Assembly: GCA_023253175.1 (NCBI GenBank)
Contig: JALRHH010000002.1
Location: forward strand, 256,199 to 320,198
DNA length: 64,000 nucleotides
Source of the DNA: Candidatus Saccharimonadia bacterium
GTDB taxonomy: Bacteria > Patescibacteriota > Saccharimonadia > Saccharimonadales > JALRHH01
Direction of reading: 5' to 3'
A model generated the notes under the pieces. That model had not been told where the DNA came from. It made no database searches and saw only the letters and a program-made list of their open reading frames with translations. Shown one piece after another: positions 24,636 to 34,690 of the stretch; position 1 is the stretch's first letter; the number at the start of each line of letters is the position of its first letter. A program made the translations under genes and the position numbers.

Positions 24636-26303
24636 ATGCAGGAAATTTCAAACCTAATCCAACATGCGGTAAAAGAGTTGTTCGATATTGACGTGGGCGT
24701 AGTTCTGACGCGTCCGGATGAACAATTTGGTGACTATGCATCAAACATTGCGCTACAACTATCAAAGCAGGTTGGCAAAAATCCGCGTGAAATAGCCGAT
24801 CAAATAGCTGTGAAAATTCGTGAAGACTCCGTGAAAACTGTGAAAAGTATTGATATCGCTGCCCCAGGTTTCCTGAACATCACACTGTCCGATGATGCGC
24901 TCATTTCTGGTCTAAACTACGACCTTAGGCAGATAAAGCAGTATGATGCAGTGCTGCTTGAATATTCTTGTCCAAATGCGTTCAAGGAATTGCACACGGG
25001 CCATCTGTACCAGACGATCGTTGGCGACGCTATGGGGCGCATTCTTGAGGCAACCGGATCTAAAGTATTCCGTGCAAACTTTGGCGGTGATGTCGGCCTG
25101 CACGTAGCGAAGTGCCTCTACGGTATTCTCCAGGAACTTGGTGGTGAATATCCAGAAAAACTGGACGAGGTAGACCAATCAAGCAGGGCACAGTGGATTA
25201 GTGCAAGATATGTTGCAGGTGCTAGTGCTTACGAGGAAGACGAATCTGCCAAATCGACGATTACAGACATAAACACGAAAATTTATGCGTTCCACACAGA
25301 GAATGATCATGACAGTCCACTCGCACAAATATATTGGACCTGCAGAGAATGGAGTTACGACTACTTCAAGAATTTCTACGAAAAGATAAAAGTAGCGCCA
25401 TTTGATAAGTACTACCCAGAAAGTAGTACGACGAACCCTGGGTTGGAGCTTGTACGTCAGAACATCGGCCCAGTATTTACCGAGAGTGATGGGGCCGTGG
25501 TATTCGATGGCGAAAAGTCAGGGCTGCATACACGCGTATTTATTACTTCAAAGGGCTTGCCGACATACGAAGCCAAAGACCTTGGCGTTATCGTTACTGA
25601 ATCAGCTGATTTTGCCTACGATAGGCGCGTTATTATGACTGGTAATGACCAGACGGAGTATATGAAAGTTGTATTTGCGGCACTTGGCGAGATTGACGCG
25701 GACCTAGCTGCCAAGCAGACGCATTTTGCTAACGGGACTATTAGGTTTGGCAGTGGTCAGAAGATGAGCTCAAGGCTCGGTAATGTAACCCGTGCGGTTG
25801 AGGTTATTGATGAGATCGACCGCGTTGTTGCAGAGCAGAATCCGGATGCCGATCACTACAATACGGCGCTTGCGGCAATTAAGTATTCGTTCCTGAAGCA
25901 CCGTTTGGGTGGTGATATCGCCTTTGATATCAATGAGTCAGTTAGCCTTGAAGGTAATAGTGGTCCTTACTTGCAGTATGCACATGCGCGTGCCCGAAGT
26001 ATCCTTGGTAAGACCGCCTCGACCGCAAGACAGCCCGAGACACTTGAAGAGGGCGAGAGAAGTCTGGCCAGGAAAGTTAATGAGTTCCAGGAAATTGTCG
26101 CTAAGGCGGCCCATGATTTTATGCCACACCATATCAGTGGATACTTGTATGAGCTATCTCAGAGCTTTAATAGATTTTATGAACACAACCGCGTCATCGG
26201 TGATCCACGTGAAGCGGAGCGTCTTTACCTCGTTCAACAGTACGCTGATACTCTGAAAGAGGGCCTCGGCCTCCTCGGTATCCACGCGCCAGATAGCATG
26301 TAG
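24636..26303 (+). CDS. argS: arginyl-tRNA synthetase
   Basis: 555 aa; HIGH-region variant ELHTGH; C-terminal anticodon-binding (DALR) domain ending ...GIHAPDSM. Confidence 0.95.
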   Translation: MQEISNLIQHAVKELFDIDVGVVLTRPDEQFGDYASNIALQLSKQVGKNPREIADQIAVKIREDSVKTVKSIDIAAPGFLNITLSDDALISGLNYDLRQIKQYDAVLLEYSCPNAFKELHTGHLYQTIVGDAMGRILEATGSKVFRANFGGDVGLHVAKCLYGILQELGGEYPEKLDEVDQSSRAQWISARYVAGASAYEEDESAKSTITDINTKIYAFHTENDHDSPLAQIYWTCREWSYDYFKNFYEKIKVAPFDKYYPESSTTNPGLELVRQNIGPVFTESDGAVVFDGEKSGLHTRVFITSKGLPTYEAKDLGVIVTESADFAYDRRVIMTGNDQTEYMKVVFAALGEIDADLAAKQTHFANGTIRFGSGQKMSSRLGNVTRAVEVIDEIDRVVAEQNPDADHYNTALAAIKYSFLKHRLGGDIAFDINESVSLEGNSGPYLQYAHARARSILGKTASTARQPETLEEGERSLARKVNEFQEIVAKAAHDFMPHHISGYLYELSQSFNRFYEHNRVIGDPREAERLYLVQQYADTLKEGLGLLGIHAPDSM

Positions 26304-26339
26304 TAGCTTTTTGCTGCGCAATCTGTAAGAATAAGCGTA

Positions 26340-27818
26340 ATGAAAAGCGCTTTAGTCCTCTATCCTCACCAACTATTCATGACCGAACATCTACCAGAAG
26401 TAGACACCGTGTTTATGGTCGAGGATCCATTATTATTTGGTCTTGATCAAGAGCACCGCATGCAGCTGCATAAGCAGAAGTTGATTCTGATGCGTGCCAG
26501 TATGCGCCGCTATGCTGAGGAAGTTTTGTGGGCAGCGGGATACAAGGTTGAATACATCGAGCTTGATGTATTTATGCAGATGCGGGATCTACTAGACAAG
26601 GTTCGTAAGTTTGACCGTACCTTTATGTTTGACCTCAGCCACGAGGCGCTCACGTCGCGGCTACTTGCGGCACGCCGTGATATGGGTGATGATGCGCCGG
26701 CTATTGAATTCTTGTCACATCCAAACTTTTACCTAAAAGAATATGAAGTGCGCCAGTATTTTGCGGAGCGGCACGTGCATCCATTTGATGAGTTTTATCA
26801 GTGGCAGCGCGAGCGCTTTAATGTGCTTCTCGAGGATTATAAGCCAGTAGGCGGCAGTTGGGTGATTGACGCTAAGCCCAAGGCGCTAGCGGGCCAGCTG
26901 CCGAGCTTTGCGGCATTTGGCGACAACAAGTGGGTGGATGAAGCGAGGGATTTTGTTGAGAAGCATTTCCCAGATAATCCAGGCAGTACTGATTTTATTT
27001 GGCCAACCAGCCACATGGAAGCGGTGAAGTGGCTGCATGATTTCGTATCGCACCGACTAGATTCGTACGGTCTCCATCAGGACCAGTTTATGAGCGATGC
27101 ACCGTGGCTGTATCACAGTGCATTGTCATCAAGCCTCAATATCGGATTACTGAGCCCCCAGCAAGTTGTGCAGGCAGCGCTGAAGCGGCATGCCGATAAG
27201 CCAGTACCCCTTGAAAGCCTCGAACCATTTATTAGAAATGTGCTTGGTCAGCGCGAATTTATGCGCGGTGTCGGTATCGTCGGAGGCAAGGCAATTCGTG
27301 AGTCAAACCCACTGAAATCTAATAGAAGGTTAACGAGTGCATGGTATGACGGCTCTACTGGAATACCGGTGTTTGATGACCTCGTGAAGAAGCTCTATGC
27401 GCGTGGATATGCTCACCACAGCGAGCGTCTACTGATTGCTGGAACGCTCATGACAATCTGTGAAATTGATCCAAGCGATATCCGTCAGTGGTTTAATGAA
27501 CTATGTATTGATACACATGACTGGGCACTTGCACCGCATGTCTACGCTCTGACACAATTTGCGGATAACGGTACGTTAGAGGGCGGTCCGTATATCTGTA
27601 CAAGCAAGACCTTGATCGATAAAAGTGACTATCAGCGTAGTGAGTGGGCGAATATTTGGGACGGCCTATACTGGCGCTTTATTGATAAACACCGTGCGGT
27701 ATTTGCGAAGAGCCCAAAGATGCGAAGTGTGGTGCAGCGACTTGATCGGCTCGATCCTAATCAAAAGCGAATTATGTACTACCGTGCCGAAGATTTCCTC
27801 CGTGCGCACACCCAATAA
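26340..27818 (+). CDS. cryptochrome/photolyase-family protein (DPRP / FeS-BCP-like)
   Basis: 492 aa. Architecture and motifs (YHSALSSSLNIGLLSP, LGQREFMRG, HHSERLLIAG) are typical of deoxyribodipyrimidine photolyase-related proteins. Confidence 0.75.
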   Translation: MKSALVLYPHQLFMTEHLPEVDTVFMVEDPLLFGLDQEHRMQLHKQKLILMRASMRRYAEEVLWAAGYKVEYIELDVFMQMRDLLDKVRKFDRTFMFDLSHEALTSRLLAARRDMGDDAPAIEFLSHPNFYLKEYEVRQYFAERHVHPFDEFYQWQRERFNVLLEDYKPVGGSWVIDAKPKALAGQLPSFAAFGDNKWVDEARDFVEKHFPDNPGSTDFIWPTSHMEAVKWLHDFVSHRLDSYGLHQDQFMSDAPWLYHSALSSSLNIGLLSPQQVVQAALKRHADKPVPLESLEPFIRNVLGQREFMRGVGIVGGKAIRESNPLKSNRRLTSAWYDGSTGIPVFDDLVKKLYARGYAHHSERLLIAGTLMTICEIDPSDIRQWFNELCIDTHDWALAPHVYALTQFADNGTLEGGPYICTSKTLIDKSDYQRSEWANIWDGLYWRFIDKHRAVFAKSPKMRSVVQRLDRLDPNQKRIMYYRAEDFLRAHTQ

Positions 27819-27892
27819 CTTCAGCTACTTGAGCAATTGCAATTCCGGTCGTATACTAGCCCATATAAAGGGTCGGGATTAAGCATAAAGGA

Positions 27893-28348
27893 GTGATTGT
27901 GGCAGAATCTAAGAAATCCCAGAGTACAACAAAAAAGCGTGTTCCAAAGACAAGAGTAGGCAAGGCAGCAGTGGCTAAGGCGGCAAAAGCTAAAGCAGTT
28001 GCCAAGAAGGTACCAGCTACTCGCGTAGCCTCAAAGGCACAGGGCTTTACGGAATTCATCCGTAAGCAAGGGGTAATCGGACTGGCCGTTGGTCTTGCAA
28101 TCGGTACTCAAGCATCTGACTTGGTTAAGAACATCGTTAGTAGTGTGATCACGCCAATGGTTGATCTATTAGTAGGCAAGGGTGGTCTCGACGGTCTCGA
28201 TCTATTTGTGAAGATTGGCGATCGAACTGCAACCTTTGACTTCGGACTGCTCATCGATTCAACGATTAAGTTTGTCGCGGTTGCGGTCGTGATTTACTTC
28301 GTAATTATGGGTCTCAAGCTTGATAAGTTAGATAAAAAGAAAGACTAG
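27893..28348 (+). CDS. mscL: large-conductance mechanosensitive channel MscL with Lys/Ala-rich N-terminal extension
   Basis: FTEFIRKQGVIGLAVGLAIGTQASDLVKNIVSSVITP is the MscL core. The AAGGAG at 27888-27893 favours GTG 27899 as the true start. Confidence 0.85.
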   Translation: MIVAESKKSQSTTKKRVPKTRVGKAAVAKAAKAKAVAKKVPATRVASKAQGFTEFIRKQGVIGLAVGLAIGTQASDLVKNIVSSVITPMVDLLVGKGGLDGLDLFVKIGDRTATFDFGLLIDSTIKFVAVAVVIYFVIMGLKLDKLDKKKD

Positions 28349-28358
28349 GGAATTAACA

Positions 28359-28634
28359 ATGACGGCTATTGAAAAGGTACTACTTCGAAAAGATATTGCA
28401 TCAATTATTGTCGCGATTGTCGTAGGAAGCGCTACTACGTTTTTCCTGGCCGGCCTTACTGGACCTATTGTGTCGCAGATTAGTTTTTCTGATCAGTTCC
28501 AGGGTCAAGGCGTTCCCATGGGAGATCTTACGGTACAATCTACGGTTTCTTTTCTCCTACAGGTTATCGCACTCGAGCTACTGCTTCGTATCGTAATTTT
28601 TGTCCGTCGTCTTGCATACAAAAGGATTAAATAG
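28359..28634 (+). CDS. small membrane protein
   Basis: 91 aa with two hydrophobic segments. Confidence 0.45.
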   Translation: MTAIEKVLLRKDIASIIVAIVVGSATTFFLAGLTGPIVSQISFSDQFQGQGVPMGDLTVQSTVSFLLQVIALELLLRIVIFVRRLAYKRIK

Positions 28635-28636
28635 TT

Positions 28637-28945
28637 ATGGTTGCAGGTGGTGAAAAGCAGTACTGGTTCAAAGCAAAAAAGTACGGTTGGGGCTGGGGAC
28701 TGCCCGCAAATCGCAAGGGCTGGATAGCGTTTGGTTTGTTTCTGGCGGTATGGCTCGCGGCGCTGCTGTGGCTCGTTTCTACTGGTAGCCCAACGGAGCA
28801 ACTAAGAACAAAAGATATCACTATATTTTTAGTGATATTATTTGCAGACATTCTAGGGCTTTTGTTCGTATCATTTAAATACGGTGAACCGCCAAAGTGG
28901 CGTTGGGGGAGTAAAGACCATGCAGCAAAATCCAAATCTGACTGA
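28637..28945 (+). CDS. small membrane protein
   Basis: 102 aa with two to three hydrophobic segments (WIAFGLFLAVWLAALLWLV, IFLVILFADILGLLFV). Confidence 0.45.
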   Translation: MVAGGEKQYWFKAKKYGWGWGLPANRKGWIAFGLFLAVWLAALLWLVSTGSPTEQLRTKDITIFLVILFADILGLLFVSFKYGEPPKWRWGSKDHAAKSKSD

Positions 28946-29306
28946 TGAGCAAAAACGTGTTCTATTTGATAAAGGCACGGAAACTCCTGGTACGGGCGAA
29001 TACTTAAATCACTCAGAACAGGGCGCTTATACTTGTGCCAACTGCGGTGCTGAACTTTTTAGAAGTACCGAAAAGTATGAATCAACTACGCCTGGTTTGG
29101 TTGGGTGGCCAAGCTTTGCCAATCCGGCTACAAACGATGCCGTAGAGCTTCGTCCTGACGATAGTTTAGGTATGGTTCGCACTGAAGTTGTTTGCAAGAA
29201 CTGCGGCGGACATCTTGGTCACGTGTTTGACGCCCCAGACGCTCCAGACGGCGGCAAGCACTACTGTATTAACTCGGTTTGCTTAGGCTTTTCACCGAAG
29301 GAATAG
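28920..29306 (+). CDS. msrB: peptide-methionine (R)-S-oxide reductase MsrB
   Basis: CxxC...CxxC zinc motif (CANCGAELF, CKNCGGHLGHVF) and GWPSF. Confidence 0.9.
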   Translation: MQQNPNLTDEQKRVLFDKGTETPGTGEYLNHSEQGAYTCANCGAELFRSTEKYESTTPGLVGWPSFANPATNDAVELRPDDSLGMVRTEVVCKNCGGHLGHVFDAPDAPDGGKHYCINSVCLGFSPKE

Positions 29307-29308
29307 TT

Positions 29309-29647
29309 TTATTGGTGGTATTTGTTGCCCCAGGCGGCCATAGCTTTGAGGACAGGGATAAGATCCTGTCCTTTTTTGGTGAGCGAGTACTCAATGCGTG
29401 GTGGTACTTCGTTGAATCGCTCTTTAGTTACAATACCGTGTGACTCCAGATCATCAAGACGCTGACTGAGTGTTCGCGGATTAATCTTAGGAATAGCTTG
29501 CTCAAATTCGCAGAAGCGCTTTGACCCAGAGCACAGCTCCTTGAGGATAAGGGAAGTCCACTTGGCTCCGATAATCTCCATAGCAGCGGCTACGCAGCCG
29601 ATGCGGGGTTCAATTTCTGTAGCTGATTGAGTTATTGTGACATTCAT
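29309..29647 (-). CDS. HxlR-family transcriptional regulator
   Basis: KWTSLILKELCSGSKRFCEFEQAIPKINPRTLSQRLDDLESHGIV matches the HxlR wHTH. Confidence 0.85.
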   Translation of the reverse strand: MNVTITQSATEIEPRIGCVAAAMEIIGAKWTSLILKELCSGSKRFCEFEQAIPKINPRTLSQRLDDLESHGIVTKERFNEVPPRIEYSLTKKGQDLIPVLKAMAAWGNKYHQ

Positions 29648-29720
29648 GACTTTACAAAATATAGTAATGCTCTATACTAGTTTCTGTTAACTATAAAAAA
29701 TATAGCATAAAGGAGTAAAA

Positions 29721-30254
29721 ATGTCCAATATCCTCGTCGTAATCGGTAGTGCGCGTAAGGGCCGTGTCGCAGATAAAGTGCTCGACTACATTAAGACTGA
29801 TCTTGATAAGCGCGAAGGCGTAACGTATACGGTCGCTGATCTCAAGGAAATTAACATGCCATTTTTTGACAATGAATTGTCACCAAATAATGAAGCATAC
29901 ACGATCACGGATCCACAGGTGAAGCAGTGGAGCGAGCTCGTTCAGGCCGCAGATGGTGTGCTATTTATCACCCCAGAGTATAACCACACATTGAGCGCAA
30001 TCCAGAAGAACGCGATTGACTCGCTTGGTATCGATTGGAATGAAAAGCCTGTTTCAGCGGTTGCATATGGCTGGAGCGGCGGCTCATTGGCAGTCGGTAC
30101 ATTCCGCGAGGCTATCGGCAACGTGAAAGCTGATGTTAAGCAGACAATTGCACAGCTTGGTTTCATGAAGGACCTAAACCCAGATGGTACGCTACTTGAT
30201 GCTGCCAATGTGGAAGCGCAGATTGCTGCAACAATTGACGAACTTGTAGCCTAG
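29721..30254 (+). CDS. NADPH-dependent FMN reductase
   Basis: ILVVIGSARKGR...FITPEYNHTLSAIQKNAID. Divergent from the HxlR regulator (classic pairing). Confidence 0.8.
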   Translation: MSNILVVIGSARKGRVADKVLDYIKTDLDKREGVTYTVADLKEINMPFFDNELSPNNEAYTITDPQVKQWSELVQAADGVLFITPEYNHTLSAIQKNAIDSLGIDWNEKPVSAVAYGWSGGSLAVGTFREAIGNVKADVKQTIAQLGFMKDLNPDGTLLDAANVEAQIAATIDELVA

Positions 30255-30256
30255 AG

Positions 30257-31006
30257 TTAGTAGCTCGGTGCAGCAGGGAGCCCGAAGAACTCTTCCAGAG
30301 TCAGGGCTCCTTTTTTGTGCATTTCGGCTGCGAGATCAGTTCCGATGTAACGAATATGCCATGGTTCGTAGCGGTATCCGGTCACATCTTGTTTACCTTC
30401 GGGATAACGAATGATAAATCCATATGCATGAGCGTTTGCAGCGAGCCATTTACCTGCAGCAGTGTCGCCAAAACAGTCTTCGATACCACACCCACCGCCG
30501 CCAACGTCGATTGCGAGTCCTGTCTGGTGTTCGCTGTATCCAGGACGGGCGCTTTGGCTGTCTGCGACGGCTTGTCCGTTTGCTTTCACCTCGTTACCGT
30601 AGACGGTGACCTGGGTATTGTATGATCGGTAACCGCTGAGCGGGCTCATGGTAAGGCCGGCTGTTTTTGCTCCTGCTAAAAGTTTGCTTAAATTATCTGC
30701 CGCCTCTTTGCGAAGCTGCTGGCCACCACCAACGCTTACAAGATCACTTGGTGCATAATTTTTAGGATTAAGCGGGCGCTGTTTATTTGATACAACCCAG
30801 ATGCTGGTCGGGTCATCATAAGAGTACTTCGTTTTATCAAAAGCGGGCTCTTTGGGCTGCTCTGTGATCACTTTTTTCTGTTCCGTTTTGGTATCTGTAG
30901 TTGTTTGCTGCTGCTTTGGCGGCTCTTTTACAAAGAGTACATAGGCTGGGCCACCCACGATGAGAGTGATAAAAGCGACGACCGCGAGGATGTGTTTGAT
31001 GTTCAT
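30257..31006 (-). CDS. D-alanyl-D-alanine carboxypeptidase (VanY / peptidase M15B)
   Basis: SGYRSY, SEHQTGLAIDV, EPWHIRY motifs; N-terminal TM anchor. Confidence 0.85.
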   Translation of the reverse strand: MNIKHILAVVAFITLIVGGPAYVLFVKEPPKQQQTTTDTKTEQKKVITEQPKEPAFDKTKYSYDDPTSIWVVSNKQRPLNPKNYAPSDLVSVGGGQQLRKEAADNLSKLLAGAKTAGLTMSPLSGYRSYNTQVTVYGNEVKANGQAVADSQSARPGYSEHQTGLAIDVGGGGCGIEDCFGDTAAGKWLAANAHAYGFIIRYPEGKQDVTGYRYEPWHIRYIGTDLAAEMHKKGALTLEEFFGLPAAPSY

Positions 31007-31056
31007 ATATCTATGGTACTACATGACTGGGGCTGTATAGGTGTTATACTTTGGTC

Positions 31057-31599
31057 ATGATTATTGATAAAAATGCTATTCCGACAAAACTACTCTGGGT
31101 GGATCTGGAGATGACAGGGCTTGATAGCCAAAATGACGTTATTATCGAAGTTGCGGCTGAAGTAACCGATTTTAACTTCAAAACTTTGGCAAGCTATGAA
31201 GCAGTAATTTACCACGATGATATGGTGCTCGATCGTGCGAATGAATGGGCCAAGGCTCAGCACGCCAAAAGCGGCCTGACGGAGCGCGTTCGTACCGAGG
31301 GAAGGGATGAACGCGACGTGGTGCACGAACTCGTTGGGTTTATTCAGGCGCAGTTTGGTGATGAGCCGGCTGTACTTGCGGGTAACTCAATCCATAATGA
31401 TCGTCAGTTCATCAAGCGTTGGTGGCCGGAAGTTGAAGACATACTCCATTACCGTATGCTCGACGTTTCTGCATGGAAAATACTTATGCAGGCCAAATAT
31501 GATGTCAGCTTTGAAAAGAAAGAAGTCCACCGTGCCTTTGATGATATTCAGGCAAGTATCGCGGAACTTCAGCATTATTTAGCGTATTTCGGAAAATAG
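31057..31599 (+). CDS. orn: oligoribonuclease
   Basis: DEDDh exonuclease motifs WVDLEMTGLD, GNSIHNDRQFI, HRAFDDI. ATG 31057 lies 6 nt after TATACT (31045-31050). Confidence 0.85.
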   Translation: MIIDKNAIPTKLLWVDLEMTGLDSQNDVIIEVAAEVTDFNFKTLASYEAVIYHDDMVLDRANEWAKAQHAKSGLTERVRTEGRDERDVVHELVGFIQAQFGDEPAVLAGNSIHNDRQFIKRWWPEVEDILHYRMLDVSAWKILMQAKYDVSFEKKEVHRAFDDIQASIAELQHYLAYFGK

Positions 31600-31616
31600 T
31601 AAAACGTAAGCAGGGA

Positions 31617-33638
31617 TTACTTGCTGCTTCGATAGTAATAACCGATGTAGGTGGCACCAGCGAGTGCGAGAATTAGTGGTAGCCACCACCATCCGAGCTT
31701 GAGAAAGTTTGATTGGCTCTGAGCGGGCTTATTATCTTCGCCTGGGGCGGTAGTAGATTGGCCAACGACTCCAGTTTGCTTATTACTGCCTAGCGCCGCT
31801 GCTTCGGCTGCAAGTCGATTGATAACATCATTGCTGGCATTTGTTGACCGTACTATGGTAATTGCTCCTCCATATACCGTGCTATTGCCGAGTGCATCTT
31901 TTGCGAATACCGTAATCGTGTGGGCACCCACACTCAGCGTTCGCTTAACCTCGGCTGACCAGTTATAGGTCCCATGGGCATTTGGAACGGTGCTCACGAC
32001 TGCTGCGTAGGTAATGCCACTTACTTTGATGGTAACGGTTGCGCCAGGGTCACTGACAGTTCCGTTTACCGTTGGGGTTGTGTCGGTGGTGTCTGATTCG
32101 TCCACGGTTATAATTGGTGCCGTGTCATCAATTGTGAATTGCCACGGCGCTGACCACTCGCCGCAGTTGCCAAGCGCGTCACACGCCTGTATGCGCCAAA
32201 AGTAAGTGCCGTCGTTATATGCACCGATGGGTAGGTTGGTGTTGCTCGTGGATGTGCTCGTTATGACATTTCCGAATCCGGCATCTGTAGCGATTTGTAC
32301 GCTATAAACTACTGGACTGCTGTCGGCAACCGCGAGCCATGATAAAAATGGAAGGGCTGCACTCGTGCCGATGGCACCATCTGCTGGACTTGTCCTTGTG
32401 GGCGGATTAGGAGCGGTGTTATCAATGGTAATGGAGATTGAATCACTTGCGTTATTCCCGGCCGTGTCAGTGCTGGTTAGGGTAATGAAGTAGGTACCAC
32501 TCGGTAGCTGGTTTGTATTCCATAGATAAGAAACATCGGTACCCAATCCGCTATATACAAGTGCGCCATCAATGGTCAGCCGGTATGCCGCTGGTTCGCT
32601 AATAGTTCCGTTAATCTGTACGGCTCCGCGTGTGACTAACCCGTTTGCTGGGCCTGTAATTGTTGGGATTGGCGCGGTAGTGTCCGTGGTAATTGAGCCC
32701 GTTGCCGGCGGAGTAGTTATGTTACCGGCTGCATCAGTCGCCACGGCAGAGATTGTGTATGAACCATCAGCAAGGGGGTCGGTCGTAATGCTCCATCTCC
32801 CATCACTTGGTAGGGTGGCATATGTTTTTCCACCAATTGTTACCTGCACAGTAGTATTGTTGTCGTCGACGGTTCCGCTGATCGTTGGGGTATTGTCACT
32901 GACAGGCGCAGGATACGGATCAATAGTAAGTCCAGGCATGGTATTGTCTACGGTGACGTCAATTATGACCGTTTCCGCATTATCGGCTTTATCGCGGGCG
33001 CTCAATTGTATCTTGTATGGGCCATCAGCTACTTTGGTGGTGTCCCATTCATATGAAAGCGTATTGGAGGTCACGGGATTTGCGTATGCCCCCAGGGCTT
33101 TCCCATTGACAACTACAGGATTGCCAGCCGCATTTAAGATGCGTATTGCATAGGCGAGCGGATTTGCATCAGTTACAGTCTCGGTAATCGTTACTGTTTT
33201 ACTGAGTGATGCATTTGCAGCTATGTTGCTTGATATAACAGGCTTTGTTATGTCGTAAGTAGCGTTACATGAGTCTGCCCAGTCGGAAGTAAGAGCTCCG
33301 TCGTACACGCTCTGGACACTAAAGCTTAGCGTACCCTCTGCATCGAATGAGCTGGTGATACTGGTGGCATCACCCACATTAACAGGGCCGTAAGTACTGC
33401 CATTTGGAAGGACGGCCTTGTAGTTGTAGCTGGTGGCGCCCGGTGTGGCATCCCATTTTTGGGTAAGGGAGGCTATATTTGTGTACAGCCCACATTCGTG
33501 CGTGCCGCTGCTATTCGTAAACCTGAGGTTTTTGGGTGTTATAACCGGTGCTGCTGAGACGCGAGGGGAATGGTAGAGCGGCGAGACAAGACTGACTGCG
33601 ATAACCGCGATCATAGCTACTGATTTTAGGATGCGCAT
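31617..33638 (-). CDS. large surface protein with repeated Ig-like domains, N-terminal signal peptide and C-terminal TM anchor
   Basis: Recurrent domain boundary motif (VDNTMPG, TTDTTAPIP, IDNTAPNP, IDDTAPII). Signal MRILKSVAMIAVIAVSLV; C-terminal WWWLPLILALAGATYIGYYY. GAGGTG SD before ATG 33638. Confidence 0.75.
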   Translation of the reverse strand: MRILKSVAMIAVIAVSLVSPLYHSPRVSAAPVITPKNLRFTNSSGTHECGLYTNIASLTQKWDATPGATSYNYKAVLPNGSTYGPVNVGDATSITSSFDAEGTLSFSVQSVYDGALTSDWADSCNATYDITKPVISSNIAANASLSKTVTITETVTDANPLAYAIRILNAAGNPVVVNGKALGAYANPVTSNTLSYEWDTTKVADGPYKIQLSARDKADNAETVIIDVTVDNTMPGLTIDPYPAPVSDNTPTISGTVDDNNTTVQVTIGGKTYATLPSDGRWSITTDPLADGSYTISAVATDAAGNITTPPATGSITTDTTAPIPTITGPANGLVTRGAVQINGTISEPAAYRLTIDGALVYSGLGTDVSYLWNTNQLPSGTYFITLTSTDTAGNNASDSISITIDNTAPNPPTRTSPADGAIGTSAALPFLSWLAVADSSPVVYSVQIATDAGFGNVITSTSTSNTNLPIGAYNDGTYFWRIQACDALGNCGEWSAPWQFTIDDTAPIITVDESDTTDTTPTVNGTVSDPGATVTIKVSGITYAAVVSTVPNAHGTYNWSAEVKRTLSVGAHTITVFAKDALGNSTVYGGAITIVRSTNASNDVINRLAAEAAALGSNKQTGVVGQSTTAPGEDNKPAQSQSNFLKLGWWWLPLILALAGATYIGYYYRSSK

Positions 33639-33855
33639 GTGCTGCGCACCTCTTGCTAGTGTTATCATGGAAGCCCCCGCCATACCTTAACGTATACATA
33701 TAAGTGTACAGGATTTTTACAAAATTACATATTTGTCAAAATCATTCTATTACGATCAAACAGCTGTTTTTATTAAGCTTACGGTAATATTTATCACCGT
33801 TTTCTCAGCGGTAATTTCCTATACTCGAGATTACTAAGGCGAGGAGGGCAGTATT

Positions 33856-34323
33856 GTGGCAATGCAAACAATAGAGAGAATTGAAGGTCCTTTGGATCAT
33901 GGCATTTTTCTTCCGATGGTGAATGTCGTCAACCAGTTGCCTGACGATGCAGAACTCAAGACCTTATCATATCCAGAGATCCATGACGGACTATAGTCAA
34001 GGGACATGCTCTACGGTGTAAAGCACCAGCTTGGAACAGTTGTGGCATTGGCTGGTGCGGTCATCGAACAAGACGGGAAGGTAGTGCGTTTGACTGAAAT
34101 CGCTGCCACGAGCCGAGCAGATGATGATGCAACACGTGAGATGATGCATAAATTTGTGCATGATGCACGAGATCAAGGTGCCGATCAGCTCGTACTTGAT
34201 GTCACTCCACAGCCTGGCACGACCGCAGCAGATTTTGCGGATCGATACCACCTGCAGCCAAATCGACACGGGGCGTATATTTTGCACCTGGCCGATGTTG
34301 ATAAGGAGGAAGTTCTCCCATAA
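33856..34323 (+). pseudogene. GNAT-like acetyltransferase interrupted by an in-frame TAG (33994-33996)
   Basis: The GTG 33856 ORF (GAGGAGG SD) and ORF 34006..34323 share one frame, separated only by ...HDGL*SRDM... The combined 155 codons is a typical GNAT length. Confidence 0.45.
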
Positions 34324-34342
34324 ATGAGGTATACTAGCCTCT

Positions 34343-34690
34343 ATGTTAGATCATAAAACAGTTGAAGAATACGTCCTCTCAATGCCAAATGCCGTACGGG
34401 ACTATCCATTTGGTGAAGAAGTGGCCGTGTACAAAGTGTCGGAAAAAATGTTTGCCTTGATTCCAGAAGGCAAGTCACCGGTGCGTATTAGTCTGAAGTG
34501 TGATCCGCAGCTCAGCGTGCTATTACGTGACAAGTACGAATCGGTTATGCCGGGCTATCACCTGAACAAAAAGCACTGGAATACCATTATTGTCAGCGGG
34601 CAACTGCCGTGGGAAGAGGTCCAGGCACTTATCCTGCACAGCTATAATCTTGTAGCTGGCATAGACACAAGTGTTCCGGCAGTTGAGTAG
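34343..34690 (+). CDS. MmcQ/YjbR-family DNA-binding protein
   Basis: YPFGEEVAVYKV..KMFALI...GYHLNKKHWNTI family pattern. Confidence 0.8.
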   Translation: MLDHKTVEEYVLSMPNAVRDYPFGEEVAVYKVSEKMFALIPEGKSPVRISLKCDPQLSVLLRDKYESVMPGYHLNKKHWNTIIVSGQLPWEEVQALILHSYNLVAGIDTSVPAVE

